A stretch of DNA of 64,000 bases, taken from positions 106,640,001-106,704,000 of the forward strand of contig OX597820.1 in the NCBI GenBank assembly GCA_951406725.2, written 5' to 3'. Shown piece after piece: positions 12,543-26,753 of the stretch (position 1 is the stretch's first letter; the number at the start of each line of letters is the position of its first letter). A program made the translations under genes and the position numbers. Source of the DNA: Octopus vulgaris (taxonomy: Eukaryota). The notes beneath the pieces were generated by a model. That model was not told the origin of the DNA. It saw only the letters and a program-made list of their open reading frames with translations, and ran no database searches.

Positions 12543-12898
12543 CAGTGGGTTTTTTTTATATCGTGCTTTCACTTCACTACCGGGCACAGCTCTGTGTGCC
12601 TTGGGTATGTGCTGTTTTGTTGTGATGCTCTGATGGTTACTGTATTGAAAGTGTTTTGCGTAGGATGTATGCAGTGCCCAGTAGTGCGATTTTCTGTATG
12701 TTATATGTGTTTGTAAGTTCTGGTGTTTTTGTTATGTATTTGTCTGAATATTTTTTTATGATGCCTAATGCACCTACTATGATAGGAATTGTTTCTGTTT
12801 TCAGATTCCACATTCGAGTTACCTCTATTTCCAGGTCCTTGTATTTTGAAAGTTTCTCAATTTCTATTAGAGACACGTTGTCATCTGCTGGTATTGTC

Positions 12899-12899
<1 letters not shown>
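12543..12899 (-). mobile_element. R4/Dong-like LINE extreme 3' end, same family as 34080-36972
   Basis: EKLSKYKDLEIEVTRMWNLKTETIPIIVGALG..TLSIQ is nearly identical to 36636-36875; same 3' UTR; flanked by (TAA)n. Confidence 0.9.
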
Positions 12900-12950
<51 letters not shown>

Positions 12951-13000
12951 CATCATTATTATTGCTATCATCATCATCATTATCATTATTATTAATATAT

Positions 13001-13250
13001 GAGGATGCATGGCCTAGTGATTAGGGTGTTGTGCTCGTGATCATGAGATCATGGTTTCAATTCCTCGACTGAATGGTGCATTGTGTTCTTGAGCAAAACA
13101 CTTCGTCTCATGTTGCTCTGCCATCACTTCAGTACCTGACATGTGGTACACCGTGCACCTGTCCAAGCAATGTCAATGTACAGCAGATACATTTGATCAC
13201 TGTAAACAAACCATTCGTGCAAGTCGTTCGCCAAAAGCTGAACACTCATA
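13001..13250 (+). mobile_element. tRNA-head SINE; related copies at ~13815-13965, 27230-27470, 43200-43385
   Basis: TGGCCTAGTGATTAG (A box), GGTTTCAATTCC (B box), TGTGTTCTTGAGCAAAACACTT core. Confidence 0.65.
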
Positions 13251-14699
13251 TGTTGCTTTTGAGGTACCTCAATTTCAGTCATTATGTTTCAGCCTCTAAG
13301 AATGAAAAGAAAATTTGGGTTTAAACTTGAATTTTAAACTAACAGGCTTCTATTGTAACAGGAAAAGATACTATTCTGTTTCAGAATGGAGGAGTGTGTG
13401 TGTGTGACAGAGCTCTTTATTTAGTTTCCTATTCTCAATACAATACAAGCAGGTGTTTGAAAAGACAAACATCTTTTGTTGAAACTCCCATTGCTATTAA
13501 AAAGATATTTTCAAATACTGAACCTATTTTGAAAGGTTGAGCATGTTTTTTTTTTTGTTTTTTTTGTCATTCTGCTGATTAATTAAATTTATGGAATTCA
13601 GGTCAAACCTTCTAAATGATTTCAACCTTTTAAGATTAGACTATTCAGTTATATAACAAAAGTCACTAATATCATTTGTTCTGTGTGTGTGTGTGTGTGT
13701 GTGTGTGCACATGTCTTTGTGCATATTTGTACATATGTGTATACACACATGGAAGTATGCTTAAGAAGTTTGTTTCACTATATGTATATTTTGTGTGAGT
13801 GTGTGTGTGTGTATACATACGTGGCAGTGTGATGAAGTAGTTCACTTCACAACTATGTGGTTTTAGGTTCAGTCCCGCTGTGTAGTAAGTGCCTTTTATT
13901 GTTGTGTCAATGCAACCAAATCTTGCTGGGTGGGTTTGCTATAGAGAAATGATTGAAGCCTGTTGTTATGTATATGTTTGTGTGTGTGGGTGTGCGCGCG
14001 CGCATGCATGTGTGTGTGTGGTGTTATGTGAGTGTATGTATGTGTGTGTGTGTGCATGTGTATTTGTGTGTTTGTGTGTTTGTAAGTATATGTATATGTG
14101 TATGTCTGTGCCTGTGAGTATGTATGGGTGTGTCATGTTAGTGTCTGTTTGTTTTGATATTGCATGGAAACTGTAAAAGAGTCACTGTCGTACCAAGTAG
14201 TGTCCATATATTTCTAATCTTCCGTGAAAACAAATCTGGCAAAAGAGAAATGACAGCTTCCTTGCAAACAGGTGATGGTTGGTGACAGGAAGGGTATCCA
14301 GCTGTAGAAAATCTGCCCCAATGAATTCTGTCTGATCCATGTGAGCATGGAAAGTGGATGTTAAAACAGTAATGATGATGAGAATCATCATCATCATAAT
14401 CATCAATCTTAATTAATTCCTCAGTAACTCTTTCTGTTAACCGGGTCTAAAAATTTGATGCCTTTATAGTTTCTTCTCTACGTTTATCGATAGGTAGAGT
14501 TTACACATCTAAAATAAATATGTACATGCCTCACATGCAATATATAAATAAATTTCTATATTACAAATCTACAAACATCATACACACACACACACAGACA
14601 CACATACAGACAGACTGACAGACAGACAGACAGACAAACAGAGAATACTGTACTGGCAGCAACAGTAAAACAAAAAAACAAATGCAACGGACCTGGAAA

Positions 14700-15860
14700 T
14701 TTTCTTCATAGCTGTAGGCAAACTGCATAATAAGAAGGCACCTGAAAGGAACCTAATAGTTGGATAGTGGTATAAGAGAGTGACACTTTACAGGAAACCA
14801 CTAATAAGTATATTCAAAAGAACTATGGAAGGTCAGATTGACATACCAAATTGGCTTGCTATAGCATGGACAAATCTTGGGGTCAAGAATGAAACCAGTG
14901 AGTTGCCTGAAAACTCCAGGCCTGTTACTTACCTAAACATTATGTATAAACTGTACAGAAGCTGCCTCAACCAATACCTCCAGGATCATTGTGAGTCCAA
15001 CAGCATAGTGACTGATGAACAGGTTGGTGGAAAGAAACGAGTGCAGGGATGTGCTGAACAACTTTTACTAAGCAAAGCTGTACTGTCTGAGGTAAAAGAA
15101 AAAAATAAACGTCATAGTAGCTGTACAACAGTATGATCTGATTATAAGAAGGCGTTTAACTCTATTCCCCACCCATGGTTGCTGAAGTGTCTCCATTTGG
15201 CAAAAGTACCAACTACCTTAACTGCTGCCATTGAGAGGCTCACAAGGACCTGAGCCACAATCCTCACACATAGAATGATTGTGGAATGATCGTCTCCAAT
15301 ACCATAAATATTTCAAAGGGAATATTCCAGGGAGCTAGTCTCTCTGTACTTCTATTCATTTTGGCATTAAACCCATTATCATTCCTGCTACAAAAAAAAA
15401 GAAAAAAAAAAGAAGGAAAACCCCAACAAATGGCTACATGCTAGGGCCTACAACTACAACAGGTACCCAAAAATGTCATCAAGATACTACCCCCCAATGC
15501 AACATGACATTGTCGCAAAAACAATATACAATATCATTTGGAAAAAAGACTGTCCTGGAATAAATATAGAGAATATCCCTGTTAATGGATACATACACAA
15601 ATATCAACACAAGAAATACTGGAGGAACATTCCCATAAAAATACCTGTCAAGTGTAAGTAAGACAGACTGGATATTGTTGTTTGGGACAAACAAGGAAAA
15701 GTATGTACCATCATAGAGGTCAGCTGTATTGCTGATGTGACCACATCTCTTTGAAGATCAAAGAGAAAGAAGTTAACTATGGACAATTGTTTTGAAACCC
15801 CCTGCTTCTGTATCTGGATTACAAATTTTCCTTTATACCAAATGATCATGGGAACCTTCT
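14700..15860 (+). mobile_element. Degraded, internally deleted R4/Dong-like LINE
   Basis: RPVTYLNIMYKL, EQVGGK..GCAEQLL, DYKKAFNSIPH, GIFQG.SLS, then an RLE remnant (DIVVWDKQGKVCTIIEVSC). Confidence 0.75.
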
Positions 15861-15879
15861 TTTCAGGTGCTAAATAACA

Positions 15880-18467
15880 TCTCTCCTTCCAGTGTTTCCT
15901 CCCATATCTCTTTCCCAGTTTCCAGAGTTGGTGCTGTAAATGTAGGCACATGGAAAGGTAGGTCTAGTGAGATTGTAGAGAAGCTTGAACAGAGACTGTT
16001 GATGTATGTTGCATACAAGAGGTAGAGAGGAGCTTCAGCCAGAGTCCTCACAAGCAAAGCACATAGGTATAAACTCTTCTGGAAAGGTAACAGTGATGGA
16101 ATAGGGGGTGTGGGCATACTTCTTGCAGAGAAATGGGTGGATAAGGTCGTAGAGCTACTCAGGGTGTGCAATAGAGTACTTAAACTCAGGCTAGTCTTGC
16201 AGAATGGTATGGCTACAATTATCTCTGCTTATGCCCCACAAGCGGACCAAATGAACAGAAAGATCACTCTTAAGATAGTCTTCTGCAGGCTACCTCAAAG
16301 CTGAGTGACAATGATCTCATCTTTGTGGCTAGAGATTTTAATGGGCATGTCTTCCATGGTGTACATAGAAGCCATGGAGTTGGTACCAGAAATGAAGAGG
16401 GAACTACGCTCCTGGAGTTCTGCGATGCAAACAACCTATTCGTCTGCAACACCAACTTCAGGAAGCCAGCCAGCCACCTGATAACCAATCAATCAGGTGA
16501 TTCTGCCAGCCAGATTGATTTCATTCTCACCAGACAGCAGGATGCAGGGTTGCTCTTAAATACAAAGACCCTCCCTGGTGAAGAATGTACCCTCCAGCAT
16601 AGACTAGTTATTAGTGACTTTAGACTTGAGGCTAGAAGGATGCTAAAAAGCAGACCAATCTGGAAAAGAAGGACTTGGAAGCTTAAGAACCCTTCACATA
16701 GTCAGAGATTTAGGGATATCATTCCCAAGAAATTTGATGATAGGGAGGAGAAGCTACGGTCCTGTAACATAGCAGGCAGCTGGGAATTCCAGCAAGACAG
16801 CTTGCTGAGTTCCACAGACCAAATCTGTGACTGGTGCAAAGTCCATTCCAGAGCGAGGGTAACATGGTAGTGGAACAATGTGGTAGACAGGGCCATTAGA
16901 GCAAAGAAACAGGCCTGGAAGAGTCGGGATAGCAGGAGAATGTATCCGATAGCCAAAAGGGAAGCTAGGAGACAGGATTATATAGCCAAGGGAGTAGCAG
17001 AAAAGAAGAAGTTTGCCAATGTTTAGCGATGTAAGGACCAAAAAACTGAAGTATTTCAGATTGCAAGACAGTGTGTGAGAGAAAACCGTGATGTCATCGA
17101 AGAGAAATGTGTCCGTATGGATGATGGTGCTCTTGCATTTAATGCTTCTTCAAAGAAAGAGGCTTGGAAATGCCATTATGAAAGACTGCTAAATGTGGAG
17201 AATGAATGGGAGGAGGAGAGTCTGCCAAATGTTGACCCAATTGAAGGACCAGTTACCTGAATCGACAGTACCCTGGTAGATAAAGCAATTAAGGATATGA
17301 AGACCAGGAAAGCATCTGGACCATCAGGAATCACCGCTGAGATGCTTAAAATTTTGGGTGTTGTGGGTTATGGTCTTGTCACCCGTATTATAAATCAGGT
17401 AGTTCACAAAGGAGTCATACCCAATGACTGGTGTAGCTACACCATAGTCAACTGCTACAAGGAAAAATAGTTTTGTGTGTGGCAGATGCACTGGAGCAAT
17501 AAACACAGAAGATGTACAGAAAACAGATTCCATCACATGCCAGGGGGAGAAACTAGAAGTAGTTAATAGCTTCTGCTACCTAGGTGACCAAGTCTGTAGT
17601 GGGGGTGGTTGCTCTGAGAGTGTAGCGGCTAGAATAAGAATAGCCTGGGCAAAGTTCGGGGAGCTCCTACCTCTACTTGCAACAAAGGGCCTCTCACTCA
17701 GGATGAAAGGTAGACTGTATGAAGCATGTGTGCAAACTGCCATACTACTGTTTTGAAACATGGGACATGACTGCTGAGGACATGCATAGGCTTGAAAGAA
17801 ATGAAGCTAGTATGTTCTGCTGGATGTGTAATGTTTGTGTGCATACTCAACAGAGTGTAAGTGCCTTGAGAGAAAAGTTGGGCATAAGAATCATCAAGTG
17901 TGGTGTGCAAGAGAGACGACTGCACTGGTATGGTCATGTGTTACGTCTGGGTGAGGGCAGGTATGTGAAGAAGTGCCACTCCCTAACTGTGGAAGAAACC
18001 TGTGGAAGAGGTAGACCCAGGAAGACATGGGATGAGGTGGTGAAGCATGACCTTCAAATACTGGGCTTCATAGAGGCAAGGACAGAAGACCGAGACCTTT
18101 GGAGATATGCTATGATTGAGAAGTGAGATCACAACCACAATGTCTGGCTCAGTTAAGAGTACTCCTGATATGTCGGGCGATATGATATGCTTGAGAAGAC
18201 CTGACTGGCTCCCATGCTGGTGGTATGTAAAACACACTCTCTGAATGTGATAAATGCTAGGCCCACCTGACTGGCTTCTGTGCTGGTGGAAGGTAAAAAA
18301 GCACCTAGTATATTCTCAGAGTAGTTGGTGTTAGGAAGGGCATCCAGCTGTAGAATTATTGCCAGATCAGATTGGAGCCCGGTGCAGCCACTGGCTCTCC
18401 AGACCTCAGTCAAACCATCCAACCCATGCCAGCATGGAAAACAGACATTAAACAATGATGATGATGA
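15880..18467 (+). mobile_element. RTE LINE (APE endonuclease + partial RT) with internal deletion at ~17462
   Basis: NVGTWKGR, CIQE, ISAYAPQ, DFNGHV, QIDFILTR, QHRLV (APE); TIVNCYKG joined to downstream VCGRC; GRGRPRKTW; (GAT)n tail. Confidence 0.9.
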
Positions 18468-18734
18468 TAATTAGAGCACTTGGTTTTGTAAGTAAATGCC
18501 TAACTGTCAGTCTGGATAAGCTTGAATTTTCAGAAAAAGAAATCAACCAACTGATTTGCACATTATAAATACAACCTTTAAGTAGAACAGTAAAACTATA
18601 CAAGATGTTTCTCAGATTTAAAGTGTGACATTGTTTTCATTATCTACATTCCAAAGATGGAGCCTTGTATCTTTGCTAGAACCCCTGCTCCTTCTTCGGG
18701 GAAATAATTTAAAAGATTAAAGACAAAAGATATA

Positions 18735-18801
<67 letters not shown>

Positions 18802-18988
18802 CTGACAGAGAAGAGAAACTGTGTACAGTTGTGGAAATCAGCTGCCCAGCAGATGCTAACGTAAAACTGAATATCAGCAAAAAAGGAAATACCTCTGCTG
18901 AACTATTGAAAAACCTACCATTACTCTACCCAAATTACAAGCTAATGTTTATACCTACAATTATTGGGATAGTAGGATATGTAACACA

Positions 18989-19261
18989 CACTGGCTCAGG
19001 AATGAAATTTGCTTAGGGGGTGCAAACTCTGGTCCAAAAATATTTACAAACAAGATCTTATTGTTTTTCTTTTAAATTTACTTTTGTTCTTTGTTTTTTG
19101 AGAAGAAACCTAACTTTGAGCAGCTTTTTACAGATCACTTTCTATTTACTGTTTTATAAACCCGATAAAAGTAAGTAGGGGTGCAAATATTGATTTAGCA
19201 CCCCACAAAAATTCTAGGGAGTGCACTCGCATCTCCTGTACCTCATGTTCCCAGGACTATG
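18989..19261. mobile_element. hAT-like MITE with 8-bp target-site duplication
   Basis: GTAACACA at 18981-18988 and 19262-19269; degenerate termini CACTGGCTCAGGAA / TTCCCAGGACTATG. Confidence 0.65.
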
Positions 19262-19604
19262 GTAACACACTGCCTAAGTAACAATCTTGAGATTAGGCTT
19301 CTCAAAACCAGAAAGGAGAAAGTTGATTTGAAGACTACAGATCCAAGCTATCACTGGAAGTGTAAAAATCTGTAAAACTTTCCAGAAGTTTATCATTTAA
19401 GTATATAGTTGCATGTCTAGACATGCAACTATATGCATGAGAATGCATACATAAAACAAAACATAAATCTGCACAAGCAGTGACTCCAAATATTACACAT
19501 GTACACACATACATGCAAAAATACACTGTTAATGTTAAAATGTGAATGAATGATCTAGGTTAGAAACTGGATTTTCCTCTATGGCCTGCAACCTTGAAAT
19601 AATG

Positions 19605-20090
19605 ACATGCATACATACATACACACACACATACATACATACATACACACACACATACATACACACTACATACATACATACATACACACATACATACATA
19701 CATACACACATAACATACATACATACATAACATACATACATACATACATACATACACACATACATACATAACATACATACATACATACATACACACATAC
19801 ATACATACATAACATACATACATACATACATACATAACACACATACATACATACATACATACATACACACATACATACATACATACACACATACATACAT
19901 AACATACATACATACATACATACACACATACATACATACATACACACATACATACATACATACACACACATACATACATACATACATACATACATACATA
20001 CATACATACATACATACATACACACATACATACATACATAACATACATACATACATATATACATACATACATAACATACATACATACATA
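19605..20090. repeat. (CATA)n/(CA)n microsatellite
   Basis: Directly visible. Confidence 0.98.
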
Positions 20091-21689
20091 CCCTGTTGTT
20101 GATGTTGAAATTCCAATGAAGGAACCTTGGATCTACTGAACAGTAATGAGAATAAGAATCTGTCACAGGAAAATACTTATGTTGCAAAAATAAACACAAA
20201 GATGAGACTAAGCAAGAGTAGGACCTTCTCTACAATGAAAAGACATAAAAATCTTTTTATATATTCACCTTAATAAGTCCTCAGATAACTGTCCTTTGAT
20301 TGCATATAGACTAGGTTAATCATGATTAAATGTGGCTTAATTCACGTTGGTGAGGGGGAAAAGACAATGCATCAATTGGTTCACATACTCTTCAAATAGA
20401 ATACTAAGTGCTTAATAGTTATCCATAAATGCCCAACTTGAAAGTCACTGTGTAAAGTCAGTGAGTGCTTCTTTTTCTTCTTCAGTACCTAGAGCACCCA
20501 AGTCTTTGTAATTCATAATACCAATAAACTCATTTTCAAATGTGATTAGATATTCCATTCACTGAATTTTCCAGCTGATAGACCGCTAAGATTACTGGAC
20601 AGAAGCTGGCATTAGTTTCCAGTGATCCAGCTACGAACGAGTTAACCGCATACTAGAGTTCAATATATACCTTAAGAACTAACCAGTGTAAAAGCAGCAG
20701 GATTGTATAACAAAATGATGCTAAGAAGCAGACTACATATATATATGGTAGAGAAGCCCGTCGAATTTGACTAACTCTAAATTAGGAATTTAGTGGGAAG
20801 ACACAAGGGAAGAAACTCTGCTAAAAGTCTGTTGAATATTGTGTATCAATGGTGTGAAAATATGAAATACAGCATTGTGTGTGTGTGTGTGTGTGTGTGT
20901 TTACGTGCGTGCGTGCGGCACCTGTTAGGGTTCCAGTTGTGGATTAATTAGCCTACCTATGCTAATTAACGAAGACTGGATCCAGCAGATCCATTATGTC
21001 AGGTCATTGGTGCTACTGGTAACATGTAACCCAGTACAACCTGTCGCATAGTCGGGCTGTCGGCTACTTAACTGACAACCCTACTGAACCTACTTGGGAA
21101 GGAGTGTGGTTTTCTTTGGACCCCTACATGATGAAAAACAAGACTTGTCAAAGGTTGAATGAACTCTGATGAGTCAACGGCCATCCAACCAACAACTGTA
21201 AAACCATTGGGAGTGATGAACCCCTAGCTGTTGTCACAACATCCTTCTAGGAGAGGAACTCCAGCATTTTCACATGGTTACTGGTCATCTTGCTTCGGAC
21301 TGCTACTAGGTACCAATCACGAAGACTCAGAGAGTAGTACTTGTGTTGTACAAGCGTTTATCACTAGAATCCAGTTACATACGGTTGTCTCTTTATGGTA
21401 ATCTCATTTGTTATTCCATCAACTGAAATTCCTATGGCGATGGAAGAGTGACGATACGTCCAGACCTAAACAGTGAGTCAGTTCAACTTCAACTGAAAAA
21501 CGTATGAAACTTTCATCAGGAAACACCTTATCCCAATAAAGTGACCTGATCAATCCAGTGGAAGTTACAGCTTTTATCTGATGTCTATGCTTCAAACCAG
21601 GCAGATCTGCAGTGGCACTGAACAATAATCTGAACAGGAGGAAGCACAAGAAGGCGATCGTGTGTGTGTGTATGTATGTATGTATGCAC

Positions 21690-24600
21690 TTGTATAGCTT
21701 TCTCCCTACTTAGAAAGACAGAGAAGCAGATAAATAGTTTAGATTAGACGGAAAGAAGTGGGAGTTTGTCTTGAATATAGTTAGTTTCTTTTATGACGGA
21801 GGAAAAGTGAAGTTAACTCCCTTGAAACAACACTCCCTTGCTGTGTAGTCGTTCGAATAGACAACCCTGCTACAAATATTACTTGTTAGTACAACAACTG
21901 CGTCGATCTGTTGGAGAGATTTTAGAACTAGCATTTTTGCTTGTTTCAAAATCAGCGACAGTATGTCGCTTGAAATTATACATATTGCCAGTAAAAGCGA
22001 GTTACTACCATCTGTAGCAGACGAAGTGCCCAGTGCTGGAGTGAGGTCTAAAACCAAACTGGTCTGTTGATTTCGTCGCTAGGTGGCAGGAGTTCGCTCC
22101 CCTGTTTACAATATCTCTGTTGCAGCTGCATTTATTGGCAATACATCTAAGGACCAAAGCTGTGTTCCTCCAAAATGTGCTTTCCGCCTTGGCCGACCAG
22201 GATCCAAACCCAGATTGATTAGGCTGTCGTTTTCGAACTCTACTGAGGTGAGGGCAAACCATCTAGCCGCTGATAGGGCTCGGCGCGAAAACAGAATTAC
22301 CTTTAGGACACGCCCTGGCCTACCACCTGATGCACGCCCAAAGCTAAGATCTGTGGCTCCCCTAAATCGCAACTCTGTGCCACAGGAAAGCTTTAGCCTA
22401 CGTGATGATGGGCAAATATGGAAATTTATCAAGTCTGGTGAGTCGTGGATAAGGGATATTAGTTGGACTGAGCAAACTGCACCCACAATAACTGGCAATA
22501 CAAAAATCATGGGAAACTAAACAAGAACAATCAGCCATCCCCTGTATATCATTGTCATCTGAAATCCAGATACAAACTGTCATCCTTAAATGCCCGTAGT
22601 TTATGCAACAAGGTACATTTTTTTTACTCTTACGTCAAAAGTATCTACCCAGATTTCATCACAGTCACGGAAACATGGGCACGTTCTGCACTCTGTGATG
22701 GGGTTTTCAGCATTGTCGGCTACAACCTGTTCCGCAAGGACCGCATTAATCGCCGTGGTGGGGGTGTGATGGTCTAATCTATCGTTCAAACCTATCAGCA
22801 ATTCCTTGTGATGATTTGAACCAATCTCAACAAGTATTTTTCTGCAATATACACATGACCATGTCACCATTTCTACTTGGAATTGTTTACCGCCCCCCAA
22901 ATTATCATCAAGACACACAACTTTTTGATATCCTCAGACTTGCTGCCATGAAAACAGCCACTTATGTTTATATTGCAGGGGACTTCAATTTCCCTGAGAT
23001 TGACTGGGAGGCCTTCCGTTGGCCGCAAAGTGCAGACGATTTCCTTGAGCTAGTGCTGAATTCAAATTGGTCCCAAGTCATTACCTCCCCAACAAGGGGT
23101 AACAACACTTTGGATCTGCTATTTACTTGAAACAATTATTAGTGTCACTATTGAAGAACCTTTAGGTGACTCTGATCATTCCATGATCATGGCCGACTTG
23201 TCTCTGATTGGTTGTAATAAAAACCACAACCATCTTCAAACTGCCCACTTTGACTGGAATAAAGCAGACTGGAACTCTTATTGTACTGAGCTGTGACGCC
23301 CAAACTGGCTCGAATTTTATGTCGATGGAGATGTGAACACTATACTTCTGAATTCAATATGGATGGCATGTACAGCATCGGTACCATGCAAGCACAGAAA
23401 AAACACCCAATAGTGCAATTTGGGAGACTACAGCAGTTCGACTTGCCAGGAAAGAACGCCGTAATGCAAAACAGGAATACAAAATGCACAAATCAGAGAT
23501 AAACAGGAAAAAGCGCAATAGATCATCCAACCATCTCAAGCAGGTGACAAAAAAGGCAGAGCTTGAATTCGAACGGCGCATAGCAACCAACCCTGACAGC
23601 AAAGTGTTCTAGAAGTATGTACACTCAAAGCAGAGACCTCACTCTCCAGTTGGTCTCCTTCACAATTCCCACACAGGCTAGGTTACTGACAATCCCAAAG
23701 AATGTGCAGAAATTATTGCTGGATGCTATGCAGGCATCTTTACTGTCGAAGATCAAAATGTTCCATCTTCATCACCTCTGACACTGGACTCTATAACTAC
23801 TATGAAATTTACACCAGCAATGCTGCAACGCCACCTTAAGAATAAACATAACTATGTCTCTCCTGGTCTCAATGATGTTACATGCCTACTTCTCAAACGC
23901 AGTGGGTACTTTCTTCTGAACCAACTTTCACTATTCTTTCAATTCTGTCTTGACAATGGTGTTACTCCAGAGCAGTGGAAAACTGCCAGTGTTATCCCTT
24001 TGTTCAAAAAAGGTGACCGCACATCACCTGCCAACTAGTCTTACTAGCTGCATCGCCAAACTGATGGAATCCTGTGTCAGAGAAACCCTCTGGAACTTCT
24101 GGAAGTCTCACAGCCTCGTCCAGCCATCACAATTTGGATTTATTCCTAACTCCAGCTGCTGTAATCAACTCATCGAGTTTCTTAGGACATTACCCAAATC
24201 ACTGATCGCGGATCCTGGGTGGATGTAGTTTACCTGGCCTTTGCTAAGGCTTTTAATTCTGTGCCACACAAAAGACTTATGGTGAAACTCTCTGCAATGG
24301 GTGTGAGTGATGATCTCTATAACTGGTTGAAGTCCTTCATTATCGGCCGAAAAGAAGTTGCCACAGTTCTAGGACAGCACTCTTCACCCTATGAGATGAC
24401 ATCTGGTGTACCACAGGGCTCTGTTCTTGGCCCCCTTTTATTTGTTGCATATATTAATGACTTAGATGCCAACTTAAAGAATACCACAGTGCTGAAATAT
24501 GCAGCTGCACCTCGAAATAAAGAGAACAGATCCTGTAAACTATAGATCTCTATTGCAATCAGACCTGGACACAATGCAGCAGTGGATCATGGACTGGCAA

Positions 24601-25430
24601 CTCAAGCTGGCTGTGGACAAATGTACCACTACACATTTTGGGAGGAAAAACCCAGTGTCTACTTACTCCCTCTACAACACTAATCTTAAAAAGTCTTCTT
24701 GTGAACGTGACCTGGGCATTATTATCGACAGCGATTTGCGTTGGACAAAATACATTGCTAAAATTGCCAAGAAGGCTGAGGGTGTCTTGGCATCACTCAC
24801 CAAGTCTTCTGTGAGCCGCACTCCAGCTATCTATCTGAGGCTTTATGTAGCTATGGTGGGGCCTCACCTGGAATTTGCATCACCGGTCTGGAACCCCTAT
24901 CTTATCCAAGATATTAATCGTCTGGAAACCGTTCAGCGACGTGCAACCAAGAGAATACCCTCTATCAGGCATTTGCCATATTCTGAACGCCTTACTTCCT
25001 TGGGCATGGATACATTGAAACTCCAATGTCTGGCAGACATCCATAAAATTATTAATCATCTTACTAACAATAACTCTGAGCACCTTTTCAAACTCCACCT
25101 GTCTAACACCCGTGGACATGTTTACAAAGTCAGAAAACAGCACAGCTCCCATGACTTTCGGAAACATTCTTTCACGTTAAGAGTTGCTGAAGTATGGAAC
25201 AAACTACCAGCATCAGTTGTTAGTTGTCGGAGCACTGCATCCTTCAAAACTTCCATGCTTCCTGAGATTCGCCAACACTACACCTGGTTTTCTCCCCTCC
25301 ATACACACGCAAGCATGAATCTGTCTCATACACTGTTCACTTTCCAGACATTTGTACATTACTGCATATACTTTATATGCACTTTGGACAAGTTGTAATG
25401 CTCTGTATACAATAATTTCATTATATATTA
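21690..25430 (+). mobile_element. CR1-clade LINE, near full length but frameshifted (ORF1 remnant, APE, RT)
   Basis: VTETW, GYNLFRKDR..RGGGV, IVYRPP, GDFNFPEIDW, PTRGNNTLDL, SDH; WKTASVIPLFKKG, FAKAFNSVPH, GVPQGSVLGPLLF, ERDLG, LETVQRRATK, NTRGH. Confidence 0.9.
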
Positions 25431-26671
25431 TATTATATGTTTAAAAAATAAAAGGTTTCTCTATAAAATGTTTTAATAAGTGGTTGCACTTGAGGCTGCT
25501 ACTTAAGGGGAGAAAATTGCTTCTAGCTTTAAGTTGAGGTGTGTAGTTTCAGTACTTATTTTGTATGTAACAATTATTTTTAGTCTCATTCCTCCCTTAT
25601 GAGTTGACCTTAAAAAACATTTAAAGGGGAACAACTCTGATAGTACTGTTGGAAGTTATTCTACGTTTATTTTTTTAAATATATCGATAATTTTATTTCT
25701 TTCATTTGATTAATATAATGAATAAATGGCCCCGATAATATGATTTAGAAATAAATAAATATTTATTTACCCAGTCTTACATTATTTTATAGTTTTAGCT
25801 TTTGCTATTTACCACAGATTCTTTCTGGGGTTTTTTCTGGTAGCAACAGCTAAAGGGTCTACAGAATTTACAGAATTGTGTGTGTGGTGGTGGTGGTGGT
25901 GGTGGTGGTGGTGAATTATAGCATCTGCTACCTAATGAGATGAGTCTAAGTAGACAAATATTAGAGGAGTATATCGTTTGAGAAAACAAGCTGTGGCAAC
26001 CAGCTTTAACTCCTCAACTACGAAATCAAATGTCATGGTTATTCTAATAATAATCGTGAAGTATATTTGCCACTTAAATGTCGCTAACCCTTTAGGGTAG
26101 CTACCGGTCTATACCTCGCTCAGAGATTTATTATTTCAAATAATAATGTTAAATATTTACCAAAACAGAACTGATGTTTTCTGCAAGTGGCATTGCCTTG
26201 ATAAATTTTATATGTTTTGCCAAAAGACAGTTTCAAACATTTTTTTTTTCAATGAAATATAGATTGGTATATAAAACTGATTTCTGCACCTAAGGGTAAC
26301 GAAATTTTGAGTGTATACATCTGATTCCTGCAGTAAAAGGATTATTGCAATTTTCAATAAATTAGATTTCTGTTACTCTTCTGCAGCTGGAACGATGTAT
26401 ATATCGTTTTGTGTCACCCTCACTACATCCCCTTCACAAAAAAAAAAAAAAAAATCAGGAAAAGTACATCTCCACAACCACTATACAGCTATGTTTCACA
26501 GGTATCAGGTATATTTCCCTTCAATATGAATCATGAATTTTCGATCTTCAAAGGTAATCTTTGGGATTACAGTGATTAGGTATTGTTTATATCTACAGAA
26601 ATGAAATATCATCACTTTCGTAATTTTTTCATTCATGAGGGCATACAGTGACAGTCATGAATTTTGCTTAC

Positions 26672-26753
26672 CCAGACAGCTACCTCCATTATTGTTGCTG
26701 TTCTTCAAGAATTACAGCTGCGAAGGAATTCATAACTGTAACAGTATTCATAA
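26672..26753 (-). other. Candidate spliced exon (possible 5' UTR plus start MEVAVW)
   Basis: Acceptor CTTATCTTCTCTTTCAG and donor TGG|GTAAGC; ATG in ATAATGG context; lies in non-repetitive sequence. Confidence 0.4.

Larger units (their letters stand above)
18799..20140 (+). mobile_element. R4/Dong-like 3' end interrupted by a MITE and a (CATA)n array
   Basis: DREEKLCTVVEISCPAD..FIPTIIGIVGYVTH continues after the insertion; sequence resumes after the microsatellite. Confidence 0.6.

Noticed and set aside
18640-18715. Degenerate hammerhead-like motif on the minus strand (CCGAAGAAGGAGC..GCTCC)
   Set aside because: The core is not CUGANGA and GAAA is missing; at best a dead remnant.
19535-20199. 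Long MYVC-repeat ORFs
   Set aside because: Translations of the (TATG)n microsatellite.
20445-20560. Short minus-strand frame MEYLITFENEF..
   Set aside because: Only 37 codons, with no recognisable family or convincing splice sites.
21160-21230. CTGATGA as a hammerhead core
   Set aside because: No stem II-GAAA or stem III partner found nearby.
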